The translations under genes were made by a program, and so were the position numbers. Positions 1 through 15,292 of a DNA stretch of 64,000 nt are shown one piece after another. The first letter of the stretch is position 1. Each line of letters starts with the position of its first letter. Source of the DNA: Histomonas meleagridis 2922-C6/04-290x (taxonomy: Eukaryota; Protista; Parabasalia). Location: the NCBI GenBank assembly GCA_020184695.1, contig JAANOX010000199.1, positions 1 to 64,000 on the forward strand, in the 5' to 3' direction. The notes beneath the pieces were generated by a model. That model did not search any database. It was not told where the DNA came from and worked only from the letters and a program-made list of their open reading frames with translations.

Positions 1-3000
1 AGCGTAATAAAGCTTTTTATATTATTTACATTTTTTTATTTTTTTTTTTTTTTGGATTTATATGTTTTGAGCTCAAATTTCGAATATATTATAATCGGCA
101 ATTTATATGGCAACAGAAATTGTAGCTCATATATAATGATCAATTTTTACATATTATCTCAGAATAAATCACACTATATATATTAGCCCTTCCCCACCTA
201 AAAGTATAACATGATAGGTCAATGACAAGATATAGTATTCATTTGTAAAGTTGCACCCACGTTCCTGTGTATTTGCCATACACAATATATCATACAGTAA
301 TGAATAAATTTAAATAAAATTACAAAAAATAATTTTTGATTAAATTCATTGACATTTTTTTCGAGTCACATAAAATTTGTCTGGAGTATCGGAGGACAGG
401 CTCACTGAAACAATGGGTCGTTTGGCTAACGATTCATTATGCTAAATCGATTTTCTTACATTATTTCCTGATTAATTCATATTCGGACTGAACAGACGTT
501 GTTTCGATCAACACAAATAATATAAAATTTTGTTATTTACCTGTACCTGTTACAGGTTGTTGTGAAACAGTTCATTATATATAATTTTTCATGTTGATAT
601 AAATAATATTATTCATAGCATATTATTTATTGCAGTATTTTTTGTTGGCTCAGTCGTAACGACAGCATTCCTGATTTCAAATCATCGAATTGTAATCCGT
701 TGGTGCGTGTCTAGCTATATATTTTCGGCTCTTTTGCTATTTTCCATTTCGCATTTGCTTTCTTCATTTGACAATGCATAAACATTGACTTGCGAAAGTT
801 CGATTCGCGAGAATGTGCTTCCAGCTTTTGTATGCGAAAACACACTGCTTCATATTTGCGAGTTCCTGTTGTATAGTTAAGGATAATTTGCGAAGTTTAT
901 CACTGCTCGCCATTACTGATCACGAATGGTGCCGTTCTCGTCCAGACTTACGCTGCAGCCAAAATGTGACAGCTGCTTGGAAAAATAAGTGAATTACAGT
1001 TTTCGAAAATACAACGCTACAAAATCCATCTGAAACTCGGAAACAGGATAACAGCTCACCTGGGTGATATCTGAGCCATCACAGTCTCAAAGATGAGATG
1101 CCCCTCACAGAAAGATCTGCAGGGAATCAAGAACAGGTCTCGAACACTATAGGCGCAGGGGACCATGCACTGACGGGTTGCCATTGGCTTGAAACCTTGT
1201 GTTCACCGTTAGGTCAGCACTACGGGCGTGGGCTGACCAGTGATTTGCCAGCACAGCTGCCTGCAGGCACCCATCGCGCCTTTTCCATTAACTCAGGTAG
1301 TTATAAGGGGAGTTGTATGAATAAATCGTAAAAATCAGATGGATGCGATGCTACGAAGGAGTCCCCGATGGAAGATAAGTGTAACAGCAGCTCGCGTTAC
1401 CACGTGCCACAACTCCGAGCAACATGGATTTGGTCTTGTGTGCTATCAATGTTGGTTGTGCCATAAAGAAAAGGTGAGCAATACATTTCATAGCAGGTAA
1501 CGTCTCTTAAATCTAAATTTGTCTACCCAGTCATATTTCACTGATACGTGCCCAATCAAAAATAGAAGGGATTCGATGCTGCATCAAGAGCTGACCACAA
1601 CAGCCAGGGCCGCCCAGCAAACATGGGTCTCAAAATATTCACTATCAAGAAGTTAAAATATTTAATGAAATATGCTGAAAATGTGTTTGATTACTTTTTT
1701 CAGTGACTTTACACAATTATAATATATCATTCCTTGATTTATAATTTCATAAGCACTGATTTTTGATACTTAATTATTTATTTCAGATATTGTTGATAAC
1801 TTCATACTCATCCATTCTAAATTTTCAAAACAGAAGCATTATTGTTAAAGAATATTTAAACATTATTTAAGTAAGAACAACAGATTTTAACCCCAGCTTC
1901 ATACTGGTTCTCGAGTTTTGGAATGATGATCTTCATATTCACAAAATGAAAGAGCTGCTTCGGCAGAAACTTCATTGATCAGCATTTCTAGTTTAAGCCA
2001 GGTTAAATCATAAAGAACGAATGATACCCTTCATTGTCTTTTGTCTTCTGCTCAGAATCATTTGATAACGTCAGAGTCAACTGGTTGATCATCATTTTCA
2101 TTTTCTAAACAGTGGTTCTTTTTGATGTTTTCTGAAGAACTCTGGAAGAATTTTGAGATCATTTTGCTCAGTGCTGAAACCATGCTGGTATTTGCTTTGA
2201 TGAATGCCAGCATATTCATGTTTTAATTCAGTAGAAAAGCCTTTTGGGCAGAAAATGCCCCGAAAATATCAGAAAAAAGTTGATACTTTCTAACAATTTT
2301 TTCAAAGGGTAATTGTTTCAAATGCACGAGCATGAAGTGGAACTTCTGGGAAGGAAAGCAAAGTCAACTCATTTTTTGTGGGGTCGGGGCACTTCGTCAT
2401 TTTCAGAAAGAACCGTTCTTAAAGAAATATATGTTTTGCTTCATGAAGAATATATTTTAAAATCTCTATATTCTATCTTACGAAGAGCTGCCATGTGGCA
2501 CTTCGACATATATTGTTCTGGGCATTTTCTGAACAGTGTAGCTGCAAAGACTTATGCTTTCTGTTCTTTGCATGTGCAAATATCTTTCATTCCTTCGGAA
2601 TCATTTTCACATTGATTTCTTTCTTATTTCTTCACTATTTCATCATACGTAATACTTTTCTTTTCCATCAGCAAGTTTCCAAACAGTTCTGTTGTGCATC
2701 TACGAATTTTCAGAATTCGCCCATTTTCGCAAAGATGAAAGTTGTATTCTCAGCTCACAGCATTATGAAATGAAAACAATGTCTGATAATTTGGACATGG
2801 CTTAAGAAGAAGCCCGTGCACAATCATAATCACGAAAACACGGAAGCAGCCAATTTGTTATAGCGTGTTTGGACTCATTTTATCAAGTAAATTCAGTTCT
2901 CTCAGAACAGACCATCGAATTGCCAGAAACACAGCCCAATAATTTGCAAGAAATTCATTTTAAATAATGAACCATAATAAAATAGCAAAAAGAAAAATAA

Positions 3001-3464
3001 AGCCCAAGAAAATCCTCTGATATTTGATACTCTGATCCATTATCTGTTGTATTCATTGATTTTTGATTCTCTGAATAGCAGATAAAGGAGCTCTTTAAAA
3101 TTATTAATGAAACAAAATAAACAAAAATAAACATAATGATATAAAAGATGAACAGAAATGCGAAAATAGACAGCCTGGAGCATTGATCAGCACTTCAATA
3201 AGTGTTGTTTCTAGCACATATTAAGTAGCTCTGTCGGAGTTGTTTCAAAATAAATAAGAAACATCTTGTCAAAGAAAACATTCGGGCACTATAGTAAACA
3301 AAGATAATGAAAGAAACTATAACTTTAGCATTAACACTTTTCTTCAAACACTGCAACCATTTTTCGATATTGGCGGAAGTCTTTCAAAGCCCATCTGGGT
3401 AATTAACGGGTTTTTTGTTTATACTGTGTCGTCCATACTTTGAAAAGCTTGCTGTGTTTGCTTT

Positions 3465-3745
3465 CACGAGGTCTCAACTACGAAAAGAAGGAGCATACTG
3501 CGCCACCACACTTAAAGCCTCAGTCTTCTCAAAAGTTTGCAATATTCTCAACTCAAAAACCCAAGGCTGGTGGACTGCACCACACGCCGCAGACTTAGAC
3601 AACTGCAGAACATGTGGTAATGGCACCGGAAACATACGATCATCTTGAACTCAGATTTACAGTTATTGACTTGTTGGAATATCTGCGCTGTAAAGAGAAA
3701 CATGAACCTCGAAGTTCATGCTGAAAAGCTCAGTTGTCACTGAGC
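3465..3745 (+). repeat. Error-ridden mirror copy of the RPS20 gene (approximate ends)
   Basis: Contains catgtggtaatggcaccggaaacatacgatcatcttgaactc, matching the reverse complement of 29,256-29,618 with many indels. Confidence 0.85.
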
Positions 3746-5169
3746 AAAATATATTTGAATATATTCTAATACACTAACATATTGAGTAATTCCTTAGAAA
3801 TTTAAGTAGACATCAGCTTTCAGCACTCAGATACAACACTTAAACATCATATATCGTTAATGCCAACAGTCAGCCAATATTCAGTGACTTATGTCAGTTC
3901 TATTATTTGAATAACAATTTACACAAAGCTATTGATACCAACTTCGGAATCTATTATCATTAATCTTATGTTTTCCACCACAGGGTTTATCATTTGACGA
4001 CGTACTTAGCGCTGTGCCAAAGAATTATCACAATTTTAGATATTCAGCGCACGCGTTTGTATCTTATCGACATTTGCAGCTCAGCATGTGACTTATTCAT
4101 GAAAATACCGTAAACATTTTGCTTAACCAAAATTTGAAAACACGTAAATAACACACCCGAAATTGCTTTTGAGAATTGGAATCTCTTTGTACTGCAGTTG
4201 GGCCTGTTGCTGTCTTTCTCACATGGTAATCATTTGATCCATCACTTGTCCACAAACCGAACAAAGCCTGTCGCCTGTTTGTCGAAAATGTCGTTTCTCG
4301 CCGCATTTGCCTTGTTACTGTTACGTTATTGTTATTGCCTGCCTAGTGTTTCCGATAATTGCTCGGGGCAAAACTTTCTGATCACCGCAATTTTGACAGA
4401 TATGCCGCACGATGAAAATTGTTGTTTATGTTAGAGCGGCGTTTTCGATACTTTGTAAATGATTTTCGCATTGGAATGCCAAGATCAACATCGTACCGTC
4501 TTTCATACGCAATGTACAAGCCGTCGCTTTACCGCGCCTTGCCCCTCGACTATTGAATTGCGTCGTAAATCGTCATCAAAATATCAACTTGCGTGTCTTT
4601 CAGCACACATGAACAAATATTGGCGATAAAAAATAAAATTCCTTTTACTGCGAAACTTACATGGTCACAATATCGATCTTCGCCAGTTCCCCAAAGACGA
4701 TGTAGATAAATCAGCCGGTGATTTGAAAGAATACAGAAAGTTTCTTCGTTGGTTAAACATGATCGTCAGTCTTTCTCGTTCGAAAACCAAACCATTATAT
4801 GATAGCTGTGACAAAAATATCTGTTTGCCTCTGGAAGTACTGACGTTGCCTGTCCAATGCCAGTTCAGCACTGCAATTTCTGAGCCAAGACTTTTAAGAC
4901 ATAAAATAATATCTGTTTCAAATACTGCATTCTTACTGAAATTGACAAAATCCTAAAATGTAAGATATAAACCATCCTCGTTAGATTGTAAGTCTGCCAG
5001 TTTAGTTGCTTGGATAATAATACAAACTAGTATCTGCACTCCAGTGGAATTCATCATAGCAGCCAGAATGAAATTAGTTTTGAACTTTGTCACCTTAAAC
5101 TATTCATTTTTAAATCGGGCATTTTCATATCAAATGTTCAAATGAAGTAGTGACGGTGCTAAAATAATG

Positions 5170-5690
5170 ATCTCCATTCAGCAGGCTGTGTTTGGATACG
5201 CCCACAGTCCCGGGAATCGTACACTAAGAAAAGCCTGATCGTTCTCTGGCTGATTGCTGCATCATCCATAGAGCTGTTCATTGTCACAGTCCCAAAGCCG
5301 CCAGCTGTGAGCCAGAGTTCAGGCTGAAACACTGCCGATACAACAGGCTGATCGGAGCCTCACCACTGGCCTCCTGCAAATTATGAAGCACACAAACCGA
5401 CGCAGGTGGTTCGTTTTATGTCAACCCGGTCTCACCCATTGAAGAGGAAGTCGCTCATTGAGTGCTCAGGTAAAGCGATAATCATCGGGGTATACGATCC
5501 TGAGTATATTATATGCTTCGAGGCCCGAATTTCCACCATGCGATCCAAATCAACAATTTTTCGATGACAGCCAAACGCTTGAACATGTAAAACATTTGAA
5601 TGGAAGGTGAACAGCGTTATCCGCCTACGTGTAAAAAATAAATTTCTATGTTTGTAAGAACATGTGTGTAAAAGCTTTTCCATGTTGACA
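5170..5690 (+). repeat. Error-ridden mirror copy of the pyrophosphatase-like gene (approximate ends)
   Basis: gcaaattatg...aaaccgacgcaggtggt matches the reverse complement of ~27,200-27,260; frameshifted throughout. Confidence 0.8.
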
Positions 5691-8600
5691 GTGCCAATAC
5701 TACCTTTATGATGAATCAGCAGATTTTTGCTTGAAAAATATTACTGTAATAATAAGTAACAAAACAAATTTTGCTTGCAGTATTGGTGTAAATTACATAA
5801 AAATGTGGAGAAGGCAATGCTGTTAACGATGCTGTCCATTTGATCAACCCCCAGCCAAACTGGCGATCATGCTCCATACGACGAGTCAGACGCTACACCA
5901 CTTGGCCTGTCTTCTTCACACAATTCTAGCACCCAGATCTGTCCAGTAGGGGCGGCCTTCAATATCAGTTTGCCATTTATAATATCACATGACAGTACCA
6001 ATATTCACTGTGTGTTTGATGAAATTAAAACCTATTCGTATTAACCACAGTTTGTCATTATTTTCTGTCGCCGGGTCGGATATGGCACATACCATGCTTC
6101 TTGATTTCACGTGATGGTGGAGCCCAGCCGGAAGCTTAAATAAAATGTCATCATAGCCAGGATCTAGCGTGTCAGAAATATTATATATATTTCATTGTGC
6201 GATAGTATAAAAGTTATACACACCTGCTTAATGCTGGAATTAATTACATGCATGAAGTGGCAGGATATAAAAATATAATATGCTCCATAGTCATTGACTG
6301 GTTCATAGAGATTGATTTGAAACAACGATTAGCTCACAGCATGTTATAGCTTTTTATATGAAAACAACCAAAGTACCATTAAAGAACTGAATAAAAGCTG
6401 TGATGCAGACAAGTACTGTTAATTTCGGTTATACTCCATAAATCAAATAATACTATTGGAATCATAACTTTGTCAATATAACACACATAAATATTTTAAC
6501 AAAAGATAATTTCACATTTATTGTAATCATTTAACACAAACAAATTTTCGATTCAAGTCTTTCTGTTGATTCAGAGCTGAAAACATTTCACTACCTTCAA
6601 GGGTTTTAGCTTGCTATTATTTTCATGTTTTATTCGTTTTTATAATTTCTGTTTTTAATTTTTTTATTTTTCTTTTTTCATTTATTTTAACATTTTTATA
6701 TTTCGCATTTAATTCACTTATTTCATTTTTTAATTTGTTAATATTTTGTCTTTAAACTTTTTCAAAAAATTATTTTCGTTTTCATATTATCTTCTTGATT
6801 TCTGAATTGCTCTCATTTTGTACATTTAATTGATTCATTTAATTGTTTCTTAAATTCTAATATTTTGTATCCTCGTTTTCGCTTTGCAGACTTTGATTTG
6901 GCAACTTTTGTTCATTTTTATATGTTCAACTATAATTTGAAGTTTCTTGTTGACACTGAAATTTGTTGAAGCCTTACTCACGATTTCTGTATTTCGAGTT
7001 CGCTTGCTCATTATTTCAGTGACACTGTGATTTCTTTTGCACTCTGATTTGAAGTTCTGATGATCGAAATATTGAAGTGTGTCAGAGGTTGTGAAGTCAA
7101 CTACGAGCGCGTGAATGTATTAATGAATTTACTGTTGTCGTGACAAGATTTGAAATAATAGAAGATGGTTGCAGGTAATGAAATAAGTGAAAATGGCGGG
7201 TGAAAATACCAATAAAGAGTTGGTTTCATTGGGTGAACGAAGAGATTTCGAATTATTTTACCATCGTTTGTGTAAATTCTCAGTGAACTGATTTGTTTCG
7301 CATTTCAACTATCAGTTAATGCACTTTGAAATTTTGCCCAACAGGAAGTTATCTGAGTTGATTAAATTGCCTTCATTTGTGGCGCTGATTTGATTTGTGA
7401 ATATTATTTAATTTTTTTTTGAAGAATATCAACGCCAGGGCCTGCTTGTTTGTTGCTTCAAATTATTAAAAATTGGTAAAAACAAATTTTAGCCAGATGG
7501 TTCATTGAAACGGGAGTAACTGTTGCTTTCGTTTCTTGAGCGTTGTTTTGCTCAGATTCGGGGTTTCTCCATTTTGCTTGTTACCAGTAATGTTTGATTA
7601 TGCAGCAGTTCTAAAGAAATTTCCAGCTGTCGGAAACTCAACAAACAAGTTCGTTAAGCAGAAAGTATTGCTCACGTTTTTGAAAATTGAATGACAGATT
7701 AAATTGAATACGTTTATATAGAAAAATGATGCGGATGGTGCTTTACGAATAGAGTTGAATAATTTGAGAAATTTCTGCTTTCTTTTATTCAAAACATGTG
7801 GAGTTGCAATGTATTGTGATAATATTTTTACATTACATTAGTACATTGGTCGACTATGTCTCTAACAAAATGGAAAATTACTAAAATGTAGCATAAATAG
7901 CATTTATTTTATGAATTATAAATAGTTAGTTACATGACTGATAATGGAATTGTTAATGCATATAATAATATCTGTTTTCACCATCAGTCTTAATATTAAA
8001 TTGTGAAAAGTTTTAAGATATTTTCATATCAAGTATTCTTAAAATTTTAAATAATACGAAAGGGAAAAACAAAATTTCCATTTTCTCATTATATTTTAAT
8101 TTAATTTAATAAAATATTCATTTTCACCTCTATCCTATGTTAGCTCATTTACGTATTTGTTTAATACAACACACAAATTACATTTTATTATTATCAAAAA
8201 CTCTGTCACACTAACAATTTCAAATACTGATCACCACTGGGCTCAAAATCATCACAACACTATCAGCGCAGTGTACTGTGCAATCGGCATAGCTCACGCC
8301 AGAGAAAACGCCATCATATCGACGTCAGCCATTCTGCCTCCAAATTTCGCTTAATGAAAGCGTAACATCAGTGCCGTAGCCCTCTAGCGTGCCAGCTTGC
8401 TTTTCCCACAGACAGGTGCTCCTTGAAGCATCTCTGTGATATATCAAACTATAATTACATGCATCATTTCGCGTTAATGTCTTAATCAGTGTGTGCCTGC
8501 AACCGTCGATGTGCAGCTTGAACTATTTATCCAGATTTTTAACATTGTCTATCAATAGACAGATAATATTGATTTGTTAACACTTGATGTTATTAAAAAT

Positions 8601-11600
8601 GAATGAGAATTTATCAAATACTGAAGAATACTTTCTTTTTGCCGTTCAGAATTGTACATCAGTATGAAAGAGTCAGAGTACATGCGGGTTACTGATGCGA
8701 CAGAGTAATGATATTACGGAAACAAGGAGCAACACGATAAAAATATAATATAGCCAATGTAATAAGTAACAGAGTAATGGAATAGACAAAATGAGTTTCC
8801 TGATGTTCATTTACCAAGAGGTTGGCGTGGAACAAATATACACAAAGAAAAGCAATATGAAAAAATTACCAAGAATTTAGATAGCAAAGATTACTAGTCA
8901 CGGAAGTCTTTGGCTCTCTTTCTCATATTATTCACAGAAGAAAGTGGTATCCGTTTGTTTATCGACTCTGCAAGTTTCTTGAATTAAATCTTTTAATCTC
9001 GGCCAGATTTTGTCGCTCATCTTCTACTTATTCCACTTGTTGAGATATTAAACAGAAATTTGAAAAACAATATTGTTGCTCATTTTTGTTAATCTTATTC
9101 ACGTGAAAGTTAAGGAAAGCTACAACGGTTGTGTTGGAGAAACGATTTTAACGGTTTCTCTGATTTCGTTATAAAAGAAATGAATGCACATTTATTTAAA
9201 TATTTATATTCATGGTAAAAGCTTAGCATTCATGACACAAATGGCCATGCAGTAGACTGGTATTTTTACAGGGAGCTGTGTGAAATGTCCGGCTATACCT
9301 GCAGATAATACAATTTTGCTTTAAGTTCATGATCAAGAAATTCCACATTGCCGTTTTCTTTATAAATATTTATTGTATTCAAGATATACTATTAAAATAT
9401 TTATAATGAAAAATTTATTTTACATAACACTAATTACATTAACATTTACAGCTGCTGAGTACTTCACTACAAATTCCCTTGCAAAGAGGGAAACTGGTAA
9501 CATAAAAAGATTAAAAATATTTTATCTGAGAATATTAATGCGTTGATTTGTGTTGGTGTATTTGTACGTACTTAAAGCATCAAATGAACAATATTTTCAT
9601 ACATAAAAAGAAAATAAAACTACTTTTTGAAGTTCAATCCATCAAGCTTTTCAAGAAATTGAAGCTCAGTCGCTAACATTTGTGAAAGTTTCATTTTTTT
9701 GTGTCAAATGACATTAACATTTTAATCTGTAAGTACAAAAATAAATATCGCGTTATCTGCTCATTTCTAGTGTTTTTGTAAATCAAGAATCGTTTTATAG
9801 ATGTGACCGAAGAACAGTACTGAAAACCAGCTTAGTAAAGCGAGCTGTGGCCTGAGTTGAAGTACGATTTCACCCTTGAGTACTGGTGAACAATGACAGA
9901 CAAATGAAAAGTCGTTTACGCCAACATATTGCATATCTTATATTCATAAAGAATTAATGATTCATAGTTGAAAATTTTTAAAGATTTTCGATACAAATTT
10001 TTTGATGAAATAATGTCAACGATAGTTACTATCGCCCGACGGCCGAGTGTTTACATATCACATGAAAATTAATGTCAGGTTGATTAGAAGACCAGCTATA
10101 AAAACCAATTAATCTTGCCAAAAGGAAAATGAAGATGGGATTACTCTATTCCCAAAGACAACTATCACCAGCATCAAACATGGGTCGTACTGTTCAGCCA
10201 TGCCTTTGTTGTAGATGGCTGGTGTGCTGTTGAGATGGAACCATGATTTTGATGGTTATGTCATTGTTAACAATATCAATGATGGGTTTCGAAAGAAATC
10301 GTTCGCGTTGTAATGGATGGTAAGGGCTTCGTTCTCGATGGAAGAAAGTACTGTCAGAGCCTTGGTGGAATTGACCATTTGCATCTTCATCTCTTTCATA
10401 CTTTGATCAATACGAAATACCACATTGATAAAATATATCTTCACCCCTGAGGCATGTATCTTTGCGCAGATAAATTGTTCTTATCTAGTAAATATTCACA
10501 TTTCAGATAATATAATGTAATGGTCCGAAAGTTTATGCTGAAAGCTACCGACAATATTGTGGCGTAAGTTTTTGCCACGCTATAACAGGTGCCAGAGTTC
10601 TTTCGCGTTACTCTTTTCGATTTTGAATTCCTACAACGAAAAGATATCATTCATTAGGGAAGCTTGGAAATAGAGCTTGCTTGACGAGCTAGATTTTTCA
10701 GTAATGTTTAGGCCTATGAACACTGTTCTGTTCAATACAAAAATACAGAAATGCTACAGATGCAAAGAACATAGAAAAGCAAGAAATTGAAAAATTCAAA
10801 GCCATTGTTAAATCCAACAAAGTTTTCATTATAAAGACAAGACTAACATATGTCAAAATAGTGATGATGATAATGAAGATATACAATACAACAAAAAGCC
10901 ATTGAAGAGCCTCCGAGAAACTGAAATATTAAACACCAAAAGAAGAATAGTCAAAAGAGTTAAATGAAGCTGAAAGCAATGGGCAAAACACGGAGTCTTC
11001 ATTCTTTGAAATATCAAAGCCAGGAAGAATAAAACGAGTTTCTTCTCTGCCAGTCTGCAAGATCGTCGCCAATCAGCAGCTATATCACGAAATACTTGTA
11101 ACAATGAAAGACAGTTTAAAGCGAAAGCAACAAACATTCATCACTTGAAGTAAAAAATAGAAATAACAATTTTGCATGTATTGCAAAGTATTTCAGTTCA
11201 AAGATTAATGAGTGCTTACATTCTGTTGAGCTAGGAGAGAGAGAATATCAAACTGAGATCAAAGATTAACAAATGAGATAGAACAAAGAAAGAAAATGAG
11301 TGAACACTCAAAGCTAGACAACAGTTAATATGTGAGAACAAAATTAGAGCAAGAATCCAAAATATGTAAAATTTCTTGTGTTTAGTAGTAGGCCGACAAA
11401 CAGTCTGTCACTGAATAGCAAATACAAACAACAAGAGATGATTTACAAAGAATGAAAGAAACACTCAAATGTTCAACTTATGATGTAATACCGAGACAAA
11501 GAAATTGTTAGCCAGCCATTTGAAGCAACAAAGGTTTGCAAGGAACAAGAAATAAAAATCATTGCAGAAGAAGTCAATCAGCTGTGTCAATGAATCCTAG

Positions 11601-12439
11601 AAACAATTGCCAGTTCCAACTCTAAAATAAGGACAAAGATTGCGTTAATGATTTATTACAGACCACTATGAAAGATGAACATTTAAGTTGTGATTTCATA
11701 ACATTTGGATGTTTTGTTTGCCTTGCCTGATATTTGCAGCCACCAGCTGAGACAGATTGGCAATTTACTTACTGACCTCAAGATATCGCAATGTTTTCAA
11801 ACCAACGTGGGATGCCTGCTCGGTCTAGAAATTCTGTATGGTAGATCTGATTGGGTAGAAAATAAAGCTGAATGACACTTGTCGTCAACATACAGCCATG
11901 CTGAAGATCTCCTTTGGTGGTAATAACTGGTCAAAAATACTCTTTGGTACTTATGCCGTTTCAAAGGTGGTTTAAAAACAGCTTGCTCCGTGAATTTTGC
12001 TTCTTTGAATAATCAGAACCAAGCAAAATGACTCACCGAGCCAGCTCCAACACCATAATTTGTTGTTACAAGATACAAAAAGACGATAGACATCAACACA
12101 AGAAAGTGACGAACAAAACTAAAATTAGATAAAAAATATTGGTCAATGGTTCAATGAAAGTGCCAGAAGGTTTGATACTGATGTCAAATATTACACTATT
12201 TAATTCTTCTGGCTCCTGAATACCCCACAGGTCAATACATATCATCATTAGCGTACTCAAACCATGGAAATAAATATGTAGCGAATATCATGAAACAAAC
12301 GAATGTAAGAGCTGCAATGAACCAGCCATAATTAAAATAAAATGAATTTACAAGGTTTTGCAACAACCAAAGAAACATCTATACAGACTGAAACACATGA
12401 CAGCACTTGTTCAAAGACAATTTTTTGTTCATTAAAATA

Positions 12440-15010
12440 ATCCCCATGGTCATAACAACTTCATCATTCTTTCGGCGACACGATCTCACTCGATACGATT
12501 TCACGCCCACCGTTCTTTCGAAGAACATGAGCATTGCCGAAGCTTACGCGGCGGCGTAGTCACCCGGCTCAGCTTGATTCCGTCAGTTCCGCGCCGGAGA
12601 AAGCAGCCTTCTTCTCCAAACTGGGGAAGATTCGAGCAAACTTCGTCACCCGATCTTATGTGATGCATTAAATAATTTTACTAACAGGGAAAAGAAGCGA
12701 ATGTCATTATCAACATCTTATGTTTATCATCACAGCATGGGTCAGTTTCAAATAAGCATATATAATACTTGATTAAATCATTTGATAAAGCTTCTTCATC
12801 TCGATTTGTTTGATTTGTCGCTGAAATGAGACATTCATCGATTTTCATTGAGCTAATTAATTGTTGAAAGAAATTATTTATTATAGCTTATATTGCGACA
12901 TAACACACAACAACTAATAAGCTGTTAATAACTTAAATCCTCGTTGATTTTGTTAATGGATTTGTATCATTTGCGCCTGATTGCAAAAAGATTTCTCATA
13001 AGGGTAAGAAGATTGTGGGAAATTTTCATTGCTATACGAACAACTAGTCAATGTTTCAAATGGGTCTCGATATCAAGTTCTTGTTCTTGTAGTATTAAAC
13101 TTACTGTTAAGGATTCTCGACAATTTATGTAATATTTGTGAAATTAACTGAAAAGCCTTCAACACTTAAATAATGTCCAAGCTCTTCGATGACACACACA
13201 TGACAATGATTTCAGGCTCACTAACTCATTGCTTCCTAATGATGTCATCTAAATATACAATATGGGTCGAAGAGCTGTTCAAATGGTGGTTACTTCTTTT
13301 GTACCATCGTATAAAGATACTTGCTTGTTATCGAATATTTAATGATTTTATTGATGATATAAATGATTATATAGTAGAACAATCATTTGAATGACTCCTA
13401 TAAATGTACATTTAAGTGTTAATTTTTCGTAATAGATTACAATAACATTAATGAGCCAATAGCATTATGTAATCTCAATACTTGTCTTTAAGACAAAAGC
13501 ACTTATCGGTTATACAGATAATGGATCACGGAATAAATACTTCGGTGATAACACCAGCTTCGACGAGTTTTGGTTGGTCTGCATATTATATCACATTTAT
13601 CAATGAATTACTAATACGTATATGACAACTTTGACAAAGACTTCACACAGGTCGATCTTTCATTTGATAACACTTAAAACGTGCTGAATTATCGGTGAAC
13701 AATTGTGGCTACTGTTTTATTTTTATGTACATGTTAAGTATACTCCTTCAGCAAAGTTGAATGATAGAAATTGATGTGAGTCATTTAGACGTTGATAGCC
13801 TGTTTAACTAATGAATATATTGTTGGGAAAATACAGCCACGACGTGCCTCACCGTGCGACGATTTCACAAGATGCTTGATTTCTGAGTTGCTTTAGGTAC
13901 AATATGTGGATAGTGCTGTGTCAATCTTTAAGATTAAACGCAATCCGCACTGAGCACGTTAATCACTGTTGTGGCTAAAAGCTTACAAACATAGTGGACA
14001 GCCAGCTTAAATAGAAAATGGATATAATGAATGGACAGACATTTTAGTATGTAACAATTTTAATATAGATTATCAAAACCACATTCGTGTGAAATCTGTC
14101 ATTAAATCATTTTCTAAAATAGCCTGATATATTAAACTGCAGCGGTTATAAATGGAATAATAAGAAGCAAGGTTGCTCCACTATATCGCTGTTAGCTGAT
14201 TTAAATTCTTTACGATAGCTGGATTATAGTATAGGTATTATGTTCTGACAGTGGCTCAAATTCAAAAACAATACAATGCTGATGATGTATTGCCCATGAA
14301 TACTTGTTCACACTCAGAGATATTAGAGGCTAATATAGGCTATTTTGATAAATGCTGGGGAATTGTAACACATACTGGAGCACCTATCGATAAAGCAGCA
14401 AAGATATAAGCATGTTCCGATAATACATGCTTGGACATAATGCTGTAATCAACAAAAACTTTCAAAACAACACAAATAAGATGGAGAAGTTCAGTACATC
14501 ACAACACCGTTGGAGCTTGTCCTGTGGAAATTGTGTTACCAGTTGTGAAAACCGACATGTACAATTAAGCTGACAGACAAGCAGCATAGCACGTGAAATG
14601 TTTTAGAACAAGTTGCACAATAATATGTGGTGGTCCAGAGCATCGGAGTCCGCAAGCAGGTCAACAAAGAAGAATAACAGTTTCTAATTAGGAATGTGCT
14701 TCAAGCTCCATACTCTGAATTACTGAAACACCATTTCCATTTAAATGGGGTACTCAGTTATCAGTAATAGTATTAGAGTGCATGACTTAGTAGTTTCCGA
14801 TGTTGGCTGGTTGTAGCAATACTTGAAATACCCCAAAACATCTCATAAATTCAGGTGATCAACCCACAACATGGTATAGAGGTTGCCTGGTCTTGGATTT
14901 GATTACACCACAAAGAGCAGCGGCCAGGTGATTGCTGAACAAATTTCAGAGAAAGCGTCATATCACCTGCCTCTACACTAATGAGCGCATCCAGCAGTGT
15001 ACAAAACCAT
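12440..15010 (-). repeat. Error-ridden mirror copy of the importin-beta-family gene (approximate ends)
   Basis: Ends with gcatccagcagtgtacaaaa, matching the reverse complement of the first codons of the 15,338 gene. Confidence 0.85.
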
Positions 15011-15075
15011 TTTTTGAACCGCATTTTCATATCAAATGTCTCAAATGAAGTGAAAAAAATGACGGCGGCCGTTTA
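15007..15075 (-). repeat. 69-bp near-exact inverted copy of the bidirectional promoter at 27,545-27,613, at the fold-back junction
   Basis: One mismatch in 69 nt by manual comparison; joined through the ccatttt (reverse-complement aaaatgg start context) microhomology. Confidence 0.85.
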
Positions 15076-15292
15076 TATCACCTTTCACAAAATCTTTTTA
15101 AAATGAATATTAATATTAAAATTAAAAAATACCCTTGCCAAAAACACATAAAACAATTGCATAAGCTAAAATTAATATGGTTTGCATTCCATTCTGGTAC
15201 ATGATCTCCAAAAATTTTTGATCGTTCTTTTTTGTCATTGCGGACTTTGAATACTTTATCATCTTATTACGTAAAACACAGAATTCAATGCA

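Larger units (their letters stand above)
1..15010 (-). repeat. Degenerate inverted mirror of ~15,350-33,800 (probable long-read fold-back artefact; a real decayed inverted duplication is less likely)
   Basis: Collinear reverse-complement matches along the whole block: 1-350 to 33,430-33,800; ~650-1,560 to the Pmp-like gene; ~3,465-3,745 to RPS20; ~5,170-5,690 to the PPase; ~12,440-15,010 to the importin gene. About 15.0 kb mirrors about 18.4 kb, with dense small deletions in coding and non-coding DNA alike. Confidence 0.93.

Noticed and set aside
1098-13394. All short ORFs in the track within 1-15 kb
   Set aside because: They are chance frames in the error-ridden mirror of real downstream genes; for example the 3,415-3,648 ORF drifts in and out of the RPS20 frame.
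1-15010. Retro-copied (cDNA-derived) pseudogene cluster
   Set aside because: Intergenic DNA, gene order, mixed orientations and the ankyrin spacers are all preserved in the mirror.
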